From the NCBI GenBank assembly GCA_963801855.1, contig CAWDGK010000003.1, forward strand, positions 45,066 to 109,065: 64,000 nucleotides of DNA. The letters run 5' to 3'. Position numbers and translations under genes: made by a program. Origin of the DNA: an uncultured Actinomycetes bacterium. GTDB lineage: Bacteria > Actinomycetota > Thermoleophilia > Gaiellales > Gaiellaceae. Positions 27,691 through 35,955 of the stretch are shown piece after piece. Numbering within the stretch: the stretch's first letter is position 1; each line of letters opens with the position of its first letter. Under the pieces are notes generated by a model that was not told the DNA's origin, ran no database searches, and saw nothing but the letters and a program-made list of their open reading frames with translations.

Positions 27691-29256
27691 TTGACGGGGG
27701 GTCGTCTCAGCCTGCGGAGCCTCTGTGCTTTCGCTCTCATCGTGCTCCTCGCGAGTGCGCCGGCCGCGCTCGGCGCCGAGGGCGGCGACAACATCGTGGG
27801 CGGGACGCCGGCAGCGGCGGGCGAGTATCCCGCGCAGGGCTATCTGGAAGTCGATGGCTCGCTCGCCTGTGGAGGGACGCTGGTGGGAAGCACCTGGTTC
27901 CTGACCGCTGCTCACTGTGTCGCCGGAGCGACGTCCCTCGCCATCCTGCTCGGCGACACGGATCTCAACGAGCCGAATACGGACGTCTACGGGGTTCGGG
28001 GCGCCGAGATCCATCCTGGCTACGACCCGATCACCTCGAGGAACGACGCGGCCATGATTCGACTCGACCGGCCGGCGCCATACCAGCCCCTCCGGGTGAT
28101 CCGCGGCGACGAGACGTCACGCTGGGTGCCGGGCACCACCGCGACGATCGTCGGCTGGGGCAGGACATCGGAAGGCGGCCCACCAAGCGACCAGCTTCTC
28201 GAAGCTCAGGTTCCGATCCGCAGCGATTCAGAGTGTGCCGCGGCCTATTTCCTCGAGTTCGATCCGGAGACGATGTTGTGCGCGGCGCCTGCGGCGGGAG
28301 GAACCGACACGTGTCAGGGCGACAGCGGCGGTCCACTCATGGTCTCCGACGGATCCGGCGGCCTTGTCCTCGCGGCAATCACATCGTGGGGCGACGGGTG
28401 CGCGAGACCGGACAAGCCGGGCGTCTACACGAGGCTCGGCGCACCCGGGCTGAACGACTGGGCGCACGCGCGAATTCCACGAGCTTCCTTCTCCGTCGGT
28501 CCGGCCCACTCCAACCAGGCGATTGCGTTCACCTCGACCTCCTTCCACCCAGACGGGGCGGGAGGCTTCACGGCGTTCGGTTGGGACTTCAACGGCGACG
28601 GCGTGTACGAAGACGCCGTCGGGCCCTCGGTGACAAGGGGTTTTCCGGCAGGCGTGGCGATCGCGGGCCTGAGGGCGACCGGTCCCAGCGGAGACGTCGT
28701 CGTCGCTCGTCAGGCGTTCACGGTCAACGGGTCGCCGACCGTTCTCGCCAATACGCGGGAGACGGCGTACAGCGTCGGCGAAGGGACGACCGTCGCGCTC
28801 TCCGGGTCCGGGTCCGACCCCGAGGGCGGGCCGCTGGCGTTCGCGTGGGATCTCGACGGCGACAGCACCTATGAGTCTGTGGGCCGGGAGACGACCTTCT
28901 CGGCCCTCGGCCTCGATGGCCCGCAAACCCGCGTCGTGAGCCTCCGGGCCTGCGACGCGGCTGGAGCTTGTGCAACGAGCGAAGCGTTCGTGCGCATCGC
29001 GAACGTCCGGCCGCGCGTGAACGCGGGGCCCGACAAGCGCGTGAAGCGAAACCGCAGGGTGCAATTCTTCGTCCGGGCGACGGATCCGGGCCGCGACGCG
29101 CTCAAGGTCACCTGGCGATTCCGGGGCAAGACCCGGAAGGGCTCGCGGGTGACGCATGTCTTCCGACGTGCCGGCGTGTACCGAATTCGTGTGACGGTGA
29201 CGGACGGAGACGGCGGCTCGACCACCGACGGCGTCCGCGTCCGTGTGCGCCGCTAG
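27691..29256 (+). CDS. Secreted trypsin-like (S1) serine protease with C-terminal PKD-like domains
   Basis: It has a signal peptide and the motifs IVGG, TAAHC, NDAAMI and DTCQGDSGGPL. Two repeats of the FxWDxxGDG type (FGWDFNGDGVYED; FAWDLDGDSTYE) follow. Confidence 0.88.
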   Translation: MTGGRLSLRSLCAFALIVLLASAPAALGAEGGDNIVGGTPAAAGEYPAQGYLEVDGSLACGGTLVGSTWFLTAAHCVAGATSLAILLGDTDLNEPNTDVYGVRGAEIHPGYDPITSRNDAAMIRLDRPAPYQPLRVIRGDETSRWVPGTTATIVGWGRTSEGGPPSDQLLEAQVPIRSDSECAAAYFLEFDPETMLCAAPAAGGTDTCQGDSGGPLMVSDGSGGLVLAAITSWGDGCARPDKPGVYTRLGAPGLNDWAHARIPRASFSVGPAHSNQAIAFTSTSFHPDGAGGFTAFGWDFNGDGVYEDAVGPSVTRGFPAGVAIAGLRATGPSGDVVVARQAFTVNGSPTVLANTRETAYSVGEGTTVALSGSGSDPEGGPLAFAWDLDGDSTYESVGRETTFSALGLDGPQTRVVSLRACDAAGACATSEAFVRIANVRPRVNAGPDKRVKRNRRVQFFVRATDPGRDALKVTWRFRGKTRKGSRVTHVFRRAGVYRIRVTVTDGDGGSTTDGVRVRVRR

Positions 29257-30182
29257 GAGGGTTCGGCGCGCAACTCGCGCAGCGCCCGGCCGAGCGACTG
29301 CCCGCCCTGAAGCGTCGGCGCGAACAGATCGCCGTGCCGTTCGAGCCGCTCCAGCGCCTCGCGCATCCCGAAGTCGCGCGGACGGATCTTCTCGCCGAGC
29401 TCGTCCCAGCGGAGCGGCGTCGAGACGGGGGCGCCGGGCTTCGGCCGGACCGAGTACACGGACGCGAGCGTCTTCCCGTGGCCGTTCTGACGGTGGTCGA
29501 CGAGGACGCCGCGCCGTTTCTTGATCAGCCACTCGGTCGTTACGAGGCCGGGATGCGCCTGCTCGAGCCGGCGGGAAACGCGCTCGGCGAACTCGTACGT
29601 CTCGGGGAACGAGGAGCGGCGGGCGATCGGCACGAGCACGTGGATGCCGTCCGCGCCGCTCGTCTTCACGTAGGAGCGGAGCTCGAAGCGCTCCAGCGCC
29701 TCGCGGACTAGGTGTGCCACCCGCACAGCCTGTGCGAACCCGTTCCGCGACGCGGGCGGATCGAGGTCGAACACGACATAGTCCGGCCGTTCGTGGCGGT
29801 CGGCACGCGAGTACCACGCGTTCATGTCGATGCAGTTCATCTGCACCATCCAGACGGCGGCCGCCGGCTCGTTCACGATCGCGAAGTCGACGAGCCGGGG
29901 CCCGCCCTCGCGGGGCATGGTGCGGAACTGGCGCGTCGGGACCCACGAAGGCTTCCCCTTCGGGACCTGCTTGTGGAAATAGGGCTGACCCCGGATTCCG
30001 TCGGGGTAACGCTTGAGCGTGAAGGGTCGGTTCCGCAGGTGCGGGATCAGTGCCGGGCCGACTTCGGCGTAGTACGTCGCGAGGTCGCCCTTCGTGACGC
30101 CGTCGCCCGGGAAGAGCACGCGTTCGCCGCTCGTCAGCCGGACGGAGCGCCGGCCGACGCGGAGCTCCTCGGCTTTAGCCAA
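29253..30182 (-). CDS. Stand-alone LigD-type polymerase/primase (AEP) domain protein
   Basis: 309 aa. Matching stretches include YPDGIRGQPYFHKQ, VVFDLDP, VKTSGADGIHVLVPI, and VLVDHRQNGHGKTLASVYSVRP. Confidence 0.85.
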   Translation of the reverse strand: MAKAEELRVGRRSVRLTSGERVLFPGDGVTKGDLATYYAEVGPALIPHLRNRPFTLKRYPDGIRGQPYFHKQVPKGKPSWVPTRQFRTMPREGGPRLVDFAIVNEPAAAVWMVQMNCIDMNAWYSRADRHERPDYVVFDLDPPASRNGFAQAVRVAHLVREALERFELRSYVKTSGADGIHVLVPIARRSSFPETYEFAERVSRRLEQAHPGLVTTEWLIKKRRGVLVDHRQNGHGKTLASVYSVRPKPGAPVSTPLRWDELGEKIRPRDFGMREALERLERHGDLFAPTLQGGQSLGRALRELRAEPS

Positions 30183-31356
30183 CGCCGGCGAGCAGGAATG
30201 CGCGCTGCTCGCGCAGCATCTCGCGGGCGATCACGAGCCGCTGGATCTGGTTCGTCCCCTCGTAGATCTGGGTGATCTTCGCGTCGCGCATCATCCGCTC
30301 GACCGGGTACTCCTGCATGTAGCCGTAGCCGCCGAGGATCTGGACGGCGTCGGTCGTGACGTCCATCGCGACATCGGTGCAGAAGAGCTTCGCCATGGCG
30401 CTGATCTTCGTCAGCTCGGAGCCGTCGACGCCGTCGTCGATCATCTGGCCGCACTTGTAGAGGAGGAGGCGCGCGGCCTCGCACTTCGTCTCCATGTCGG
30501 CGAGAGTCGCCGAGATCAGCTGGTGCTGCGCGATCGGCTTGCCCATCGTCTCGCGGCCCTTGGCGTAGTCGAGCGCGTAGTCCGTCGCCCCCTGGGCGAG
30601 CCCGAGGCCCTGCGCGCCGATGCCGGGTCGCGAGCGGTCGAGGATCCGCATCGCGATCTTGAAGCCCTCGCCCTCCTCGCCGAGCAGGTTGTCCGCCGGG
30701 ATCCGCATGTCGTTGAAGAAGATCTCGCCGGTCGTCGAGCCCTTGATCCCCATCTTCGGCTCGATCCGCCCCACCTCGAAGCCCGGCGTCGAGGCGTCGA
30801 CGACGAAGGCCGAGATCCCCGAGTGGCCCTCGGCCGGATCGGTCTTCGCGAACACGGTGTAGAGGCTCGCGACGCCGGCGTTCGTGATGAAGCGCTTCGA
30901 CCCGTTGATGACGTACTCGTCGCCTTCGAGGCGGGCTTCGCTTCGCATGGCTGCGGAATCCGACCCTGAACCGGGTTCCGTGAGGGCGTACGCGCCGAGC
31001 CATTCGCCGGACGCCAGGTTGGGCAGGAAACGCTGCTTCTGCTCGTCCGTTCCGGCCAGCTTGATCCCCAGCGATCCGAGCTCCTGGACGGCGATGATCA
31101 ACCCGCTCGTGGCGCAGACCTTCGAGACCTCCTCGATCGCCACCAGCGTCATCAGCGCCGAGGCGCCGAGCCCGCCGTACTCCTCGTCGTAGAGGACGCC
31201 GAAGATCCCGTGCTCGCGGAAGACCTCGACGACGTCCCAGGGAAACTCGGCCGACTTGTCGATCTCGGCGGCACGCGGAGCGATGCGCTCGCGCGCAAGC
31301 TCGCGGATCAGCTTGCGGATCTCCTGCTGTTCCTCGGAGAGCGGCTCGGTCGGCAT
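30175..31356 (-). CDS. Acyl-CoA dehydrogenase
   Basis: 393 aa. Matching stretches include GAYALTEPGSGSD, QILGGYGYMQEYPVERMMRDAKITQIYEGTNQIQ. Confidence 0.9.
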   Translation of the reverse strand: MPTEPLSEEQQEIRKLIRELARERIAPRAAEIDKSAEFPWDVVEVFREHGIFGVLYDEEYGGLGASALMTLVAIEEVSKVCATSGLIIAVQELGSLGIKLAGTDEQKQRFLPNLASGEWLGAYALTEPGSGSDSAAMRSEARLEGDEYVINGSKRFITNAGVASLYTVFAKTDPAEGHSGISAFVVDASTPGFEVGRIEPKMGIKGSTTGEIFFNDMRIPADNLLGEEGEGFKIAMRILDRSRPGIGAQGLGLAQGATDYALDYAKGRETMGKPIAQHQLISATLADMETKCEAARLLLYKCGQMIDDGVDGSELTKISAMAKLFCTDVAMDVTTDAVQILGGYGYMQEYPVERMMRDAKITQIYEGTNQIQRLVIAREMLREQRAFLLAGVG

Positions 31357-31394
31357 GGCTGAAATCCTAGAGCCACCCTGTTAGGTTCCGCACG

Positions 31395-32507
31395 ATGGCC
31401 AAGCGAATCGGCCTCCTCGCCGCCCTCTTCGCACTCGGTGCCAGCTCGATGGCGGTCGCCTCGGGCGGAAGCCGCGACTACGGCTGGGAGCTGACGCCGA
31501 CCGGTTCGGCGGCGCGACTCCGTGGGCTCTCCGTGGTCAACGAGCGCACGGTCTGGACGAGCGGAAGCCTCGGGACCGTGTTGCGCACGACCAACCACGG
31601 ACGGAACTGGGAGTCGGTCGGCCCCCCCGGCACGGAGACGCTCCAGTTCCGGGACATCGAGGCCTTCGACCGCAACCATGCCGTAATCCTCTCGATCGGA
31701 AACGGCCCCGACTCGCGCATCTACCGGACGTCGAACGGCGGCAGGACCTGGCAGCTCGCGTTCCTGAACCCGGACCCGCTGGCGTTCTACGACTGCATGA
31801 CCTTCTTCGACCGGAAACACGGCCTGGCGCTCTCCGACCCGGTCAACGGTCGCTTCAGAATCCTGGCGACGAAGGACGGAGGGCGCAGCTGGAACGTCGT
31901 GAACGCCGACATGCCGCCGGCGCTGCCCGGCGAGTTCGCCTTCGCCGCGAGCGGGCAATGCATCACGTCGACTGGCGACATCCTCGGCGGGCGCGGAGGG
32001 CACGACGATGACGACGATGACGACGGCGGACGCCACGGCAGCCGAGCCGGTGACATCGCCTGGTTCGGGACCGGCGGCGACGCCGTGGCCCGGGTGTTCC
32101 GCTCGAGCGACGGCGGCAAGCGCTGGACCGTCCACAACACCCCTATGCACAGCAACGCGGCTGCGGGAATCTTCGCCCTCGCCTTCCGCGACACACTCAA
32201 CGGGCTCGCGGTCGGTGGCGACCTGGTCACACCGGCAGCCTCACCGAACATGATGGCGCTGACGCGAGACTCGGGGAGAAACTGGGCCCTCGTAGCGGAC
32301 AACCCCAACCAGTACCGCTCGGGCGCCCACTGGGTGAACGACAAGAGCGCGATCGCGGTCGGGCCGACCGGCAGCGATGCGACGTTCGACCGGGGTCGCA
32401 CGTGGGACCGCTTCGACGACGGCAGCTTCGACACGGTCGACTGCGTCGAGGGCGGAGCCTGCTGGGCATCCGGCGAGCAGGGCCGCGTCGCCTTCCTCAC
32501 CCGCTGA
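31395..32507 (+). CDS. Secreted BNR/Asp-box beta-propeller protein (Ycf48-like)
   Basis: It has a signal peptide and repeated motifs of the form S/T-x-D/N-G-G-x-T/S-W (TTNHGRNWES, TSNGGRTWQL, TKDGGRSWNV, SSDGGKRWTV, TRDSGRNWAL, FDRGRTWDR). Confidence 0.75.
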   Translation: MAKRIGLLAALFALGASSMAVASGGSRDYGWELTPTGSAARLRGLSVVNERTVWTSGSLGTVLRTTNHGRNWESVGPPGTETLQFRDIEAFDRNHAVILSIGNGPDSRIYRTSNGGRTWQLAFLNPDPLAFYDCMTFFDRKHGLALSDPVNGRFRILATKDGGRSWNVVNADMPPALPGEFAFAASGQCITSTGDILGGRGGHDDDDDDDGGRHGSRAGDIAWFGTGGDAVARVFRSSDGGKRWTVHNTPMHSNAAAGIFALAFRDTLNGLAVGGDLVTPAASPNMMALTRDSGRNWALVADNPNQYRSGAHWVNDKSAIAVGPTGSDATFDRGRTWDRFDDGSFDTVDCVEGGACWASGEQGRVAFLTR

Positions 32508-32591
32508 TCTCGCTCGCGCCGAATCGGGGATACCGGCCGCGCCGGATGGGTGACACGCGAACCGCCATGGGCCCGCCGATGATCGTGGAAC

Positions 32592-33648
32592 ATGACCCGT
32601 TCCCGCTCCCATCGGCTGATCGTCCTCGCGATTCAGCTCCCTTTCCGTCCTCGGCCTGGCCGGGGCCGTCGGGGCGTCCGCCGCGGTCTGCCCGGCGCGC
32701 CCCCTTCCTCCCTGTAACCCGGGGAGATTCACGGGCAGCGTCGGGGCTCAGCCGGCTCGGTGCGCCACCAAGCCGCCCACTTGCCGCGATCGGCGAGGCA
32801 GTCAGGGCCCACGCGGAGCACGAGGTCGACGAGGTGCCCCGGGCAAGATCGGAGCAACGGGACAAGGCGCGACCGGTGCTGCCGGAGCGCAGGGCTTCCA
32901 AGGAGCCGCCGGCGTCTCGGACGTCCCCGGTCCTGCAGGGCCCATCGGCCTGCAAGGAGCCGCAGGGGTCGCGGGCTCCAACGGCTCCCAGGGAAATCAG
33001 GGCGTCCAGGGCGTAACCGGCGCAGCCGGTCTCCAGGGACCCTCCGGTCCCCAGGGAGTGACGGGTACGACAGGATCGACAGGCACGACGGGCGCAGGAG
33101 GCTCTCAGGGCGCCCAGGGAACCACCGGCCCGGATGGGCCCGCCGGCCCACAGGGACCTGCCGGAGGCGTGGGCCCTCAGGGCGTGACCGGGCCCGCAGG
33201 GTCGACTGGAGCGACCGGAGCGACCGGTTCGAACGGGCTGTCGCAGTACGCCTACGTCTACAACCTCACGGCCCGCACGGTTCCGATCAATGCCGATGTC
33301 ATCTTCGACTCGAACGGCGTCGCGACCGCCGGCATCACACACGCGCTGGGGACTGCCGAGATCGTGCTCGTGAACGCCGGCGACTACAAGGTCACCTACT
33401 CGGTCTCCGGCACGGAGACCAACCAGATGGCGCTGTTCGTGAACGGGGTCCTGGCTCCCGGCACCATCTACGGCGCGGGCGCCGGCACGCAGCACAACAC
33501 GGGACTGGCGATTCTCACCGTCGGCGCGGGCGCCTCGCTCTCGCTCAGGAACCACGGCTCCGCCGCGGCCGTCGGGCTTGCGTCAGCCGTCGGAGGCACC
33601 CAGCCGAACACGAACGCGGCCGTGACACTCGAAAAGCTCTCGCCGTGA
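32592..33648 (+). CDS. Collagen-like triple-helix repeat protein with BclA-type C-terminal domain; frame change in the signal-peptide region near 32640
   Basis: The ATG at 32592 (frame 3) gives MTRSRSHRLIVLAIQL. Frame 1 continues with LSVLGLAGAVGASAAVC, a Cys-rich linker, and about 49 GXY triplets (32797..33237). The ~136 aa C-terminal domain (LSQYAYVYN...ALFVNGVLAPGT...AAVTLEKLSP) resembles the BclA C-terminal domain, which ends ...IIIEKVA. Confidence 0.75.
32797..33237 (+). repeat. GXY (collagen-like) coding triplet repeat, about 49 units with two phase interruptions
   Basis: Frame 1 reads GSQGPRGARGRRGAPGKIGATGQGATGAAGAQGFQGAAGVSDVPGPAGPIGLQGAAGVAGSNGSQGNQGVQGVTGAAGLQGPSGPQGVTGTTGSTGTTGAGGSQGAQGTTGPDGPAGPQGPAGGVGPQGVTGPAGSTGATGATGSNG. 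Confidence 0.9.
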
Positions 33649-34355
33649 CCCTCGGCGCACTCGTCGTGGCCGTGGCGGTCATGACGGGAGCCGCAGCCCC
33701 GTCACGAGCGGATACCGGGTCGGCGATCAAGGTGAAGCCGACGCAAGAGCTCGCCGTCCTCTTCAGCTCGCACCAAGTTTTCTCAGCGCCCGATGCGCGC
33801 GCCACGCGGGTCAGCACTCTCCGAAGCTCGCGACCGGTCACAGGCGGCCAGACCGTCGTCCCGATCGTCGGTCGGAGGACCGCAAACGATGGCGTTCACT
33901 GGCTGCAAGTAATGGTTCCCGGTCGCCCGAACGGCGCGCACGGGTGGGTCAAACGATCCGGCACTCTCCAGACGAAGACGAGCTGGCACGTTGTCGTCCG
34001 GACATCCAGCCGCCGACTTCTCGTTTACCGTCGCGGCGGCATCGTGCGGTCCTTCCCTTCGATCGTCGGCAAGCGTTCCACCCCGACCCCACACGGGCGG
34101 TTCTTCGTCGAGGAGAGCGTCCGCCTTCCGAGGGGCGAGGCCGGGGCCCCGTTCGCCCTCGCACTCAGCGCTCGATCTACGGTGCTGCAGGAGTTCGCCG
34201 GCGGCCCGGGTCAGATCGCCGTCCACGGGATGTCGAACATCGGCGGGAACCTCGGAACCGCAAGCTCCCACGGCTGCGTCCGGGTAGCCGACGGGGGCAT
34301 TCGCTGGCTTGCGGCGCGCATCACGCCGGGCGTGCCGGTCTCGATCGTCCCCTGA
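33645..34355 (+). CDS. L,D-transpeptidase (YkuD domain) with signal peptide
   Basis: The GTG at 33645 overlaps the collagen-like stop (GTGA). It has VTLGALVVAVAVMTGAAAPSRA and the catalytic region IAVHGMSNIGGNLGTASSHGCVRV. Confidence 0.85.
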   Translation: MTLGALVVAVAVMTGAAAPSRADTGSAIKVKPTQELAVLFSSHQVFSAPDARATRVSTLRSSRPVTGGQTVVPIVGRRTANDGVHWLQVMVPGRPNGAHGWVKRSGTLQTKTSWHVVVRTSSRRLLVYRRGGIVRSFPSIVGKRSTPTPHGRFFVEESVRLPRGEAGAPFALALSARSTVLQEFAGGPGQIAVHGMSNIGGNLGTASSHGCVRVADGGIRWLAARITPGVPVSIVP

Positions 34356-34371
34356 CCGACGCGCTCGCGGC

Positions 34372-35907
34372 CTAGAGGTCTCGGGGCTTCAGGTCCTTCG
34401 TCGTCGGGCCCTGGATCGCCCGGCCGTCGGCTGCGTAGCGGGAGCCGTGGCAAGGGCAGTCCCAGCTCCGTTCGGCGGAGTTCCAGTCGACGTGGCAGTA
34501 CAGATGGGGACAGATCGGAGAGAAGCCGTGGACGGTGCCGTCGTCGTCCCGGTAGACCGCGGTTTTCCGGCCGCGGACCCGGACGATCGCCCCTTCACCG
34601 CGCCCGACCTCGTCCACCGAGCCCTTGCCGGCGCGCCGCAGCCGGTCGGCGACGAAGTGGTATCCGGCGCCCGCGTTCTCCTTGACGAGGCTGGCGAGTC
34701 CTGACCGGCGCACCATCCGCTTGGAGTCGAAGAGATCGGCCCAGGGACTGGTCCTTCCGAGGATCGAGTCGGTGATGATCGACGCGCCCACCGTCCCGTT
34801 CGTCATCCCCCACTTGTTGTAGCCCGTCGCTGTGTAGAGGTGGTCGGCGCCGCGACGGACCCGGCCGATCAGCGGCACCTGGTCGTGCGGCATGTAGTCC
34901 TGGGTCGACCACCGGTACTCGACTTCGCCGGCGCCCGGCCAATGCTTGCGGAGGAACTCCTCGAGCTGGTCGTAGCGCGCGGGCGTGTCGTCCTCGTCGC
35001 CGGTCTTGTGGCCGTTGCCGCCCACGTTGATGTAGAGCTGCCCGCCGTCGCTCATCGTCCGGATCGACCTCGTCGGCGTGCCGGCGTTCAGGAACATGCC
35101 GTCGGGCGCCTGCTCGAGATCGATCGGCGCGGCGATCGCATAGCTCCGGTGCGGGTAGGTCTTGGCGAAGAAGAGGCCGCGGTCGAGGATCGGGAGGTGC
35201 GTTGCGACGACGACGTCCTTCGCGCGCACGACGCCCTGCTCCGTGATCACCTCACACGGTTCGCCGTGCTTGACGGTCTGGACGCGCGAGTTCTCGAAGA
35301 CGTGGCTGCCGTCGCCCGAGATCGTCGCCGCCAGTGCGAGGAGGTACTTGCGCGGGTGGAATTGCGCCTGGTTCTCGAGCCGGACGGCGGCGGTGACCGG
35401 GTACGGAAGCGGTGTCTCGCGCACGAGGCTCGACGGGAGACCGGCAGCCTGCTCGGCGTCGACCTCCTCCTTCACCTGCGCCGCCTGCTCCTCGTCCTCG
35501 GCGTACGCGTAGTTCGCCTTGCGCTCGAAGTCGCAGTCGATCGCGTCCTCCTCGACGAACTGCGCGATCCGCTCGATCGCCGCCTGGTTGGCCGTGGCAT
35601 AGGTTCGGGCGCCGTCCTCGCCGAAGGCCTTCCGGATCTTCGTGTAGCCGAGCCCGTGGCCGGATGTGACCTTGGCGGTCGTGTAGCCCGTCGCGCCATG
35701 GACGATTCGGCGCGAGTCCAGGAGCGCGACGGTCTTTCCCTCCCGCTTCAGGAGGACGGCGGCGGTGATCCCGGTGATTCCGGCCCCGACGACGGCGACG
35801 TCGACGTCGATTCCGTCGGTCAGAGCCGGGTAGTCGGTCTCCGGCGTCGTCCCGATCCAGAAGGACGGTCCTCCCTGCGTCATGAGTGTGTCTTGGGCGC
35901 TCGTCAT
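34372..35907 (-). CDS. FAD-dependent oxidoreductase fused to a C-terminal Rieske [2Fe-2S] domain
   Basis: It has the dinucleotide fold VAVVGAGITGITAA and the Rieske motifs CPHLYCH...CPCHGSRY. Confidence 0.85.
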   Translation of the reverse strand: MTSAQDTLMTQGGPSFWIGTTPETDYPALTDGIDVDVAVVGAGITGITAAVLLKREGKTVALLDSRRIVHGATGYTTAKVTSGHGLGYTKIRKAFGEDGARTYATANQAAIERIAQFVEEDAIDCDFERKANYAYAEDEEQAAQVKEEVDAEQAAGLPSSLVRETPLPYPVTAAVRLENQAQFHPRKYLLALAATISGDGSHVFENSRVQTVKHGEPCEVITEQGVVRAKDVVVATHLPILDRGLFFAKTYPHRSYAIAAPIDLEQAPDGMFLNAGTPTRSIRTMSDGGQLYINVGGNGHKTGDEDDTPARYDQLEEFLRKHWPGAGEVEYRWSTQDYMPHDQVPLIGRVRRGADHLYTATGYNKWGMTNGTVGASIITDSILGRTSPWADLFDSKRMVRRSGLASLVKENAGAGYHFVADRLRRAGKGSVDEVGRGEGAIVRVRGRKTAVYRDDDGTVHGFSPICPHLYCHVDWNSAERSWDCPCHGSRYAADGRAIQGPTTKDLKPRDL

Positions 35908-35955
35908 GGCGGCTCACTACCTGTTCGCCCCGGAACGGAAACTAGATTGTCCCCG

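Noticed and set aside
32797-33237. Repetitive DNA considered as a CRISPR array or other non-coding tandem repeat (also the hexamer tract at 45381..45473)
   Set aside because: Both are in-frame coding-type repeats (9 nt GXY periodicity; 6 nt Pro-Glu periodicity) with no repeat-spacer structure, and no cas genes are present.
32497-33555. 352 aa minus-strand ORF across the collagen-like region
   Set aside because: It is the antisense reading of the GXY repeat. The plus strand gives regular Gly-X-Y triplets plus a recognisable BclA-type C-terminal domain. The minus-strand product is irregular and Arg/Pro/Gly-rich.
34840-35955. Upstream 372 codons of ORF 34840..37491 as part of the amidohydrolase
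   Set aside because: This portion is antisense to the FAD/Rieske oxidoreductase gene and is Arg/Asp/Val-rich shadow sequence. Amidohydrolase similarity starts at ATG 35956.
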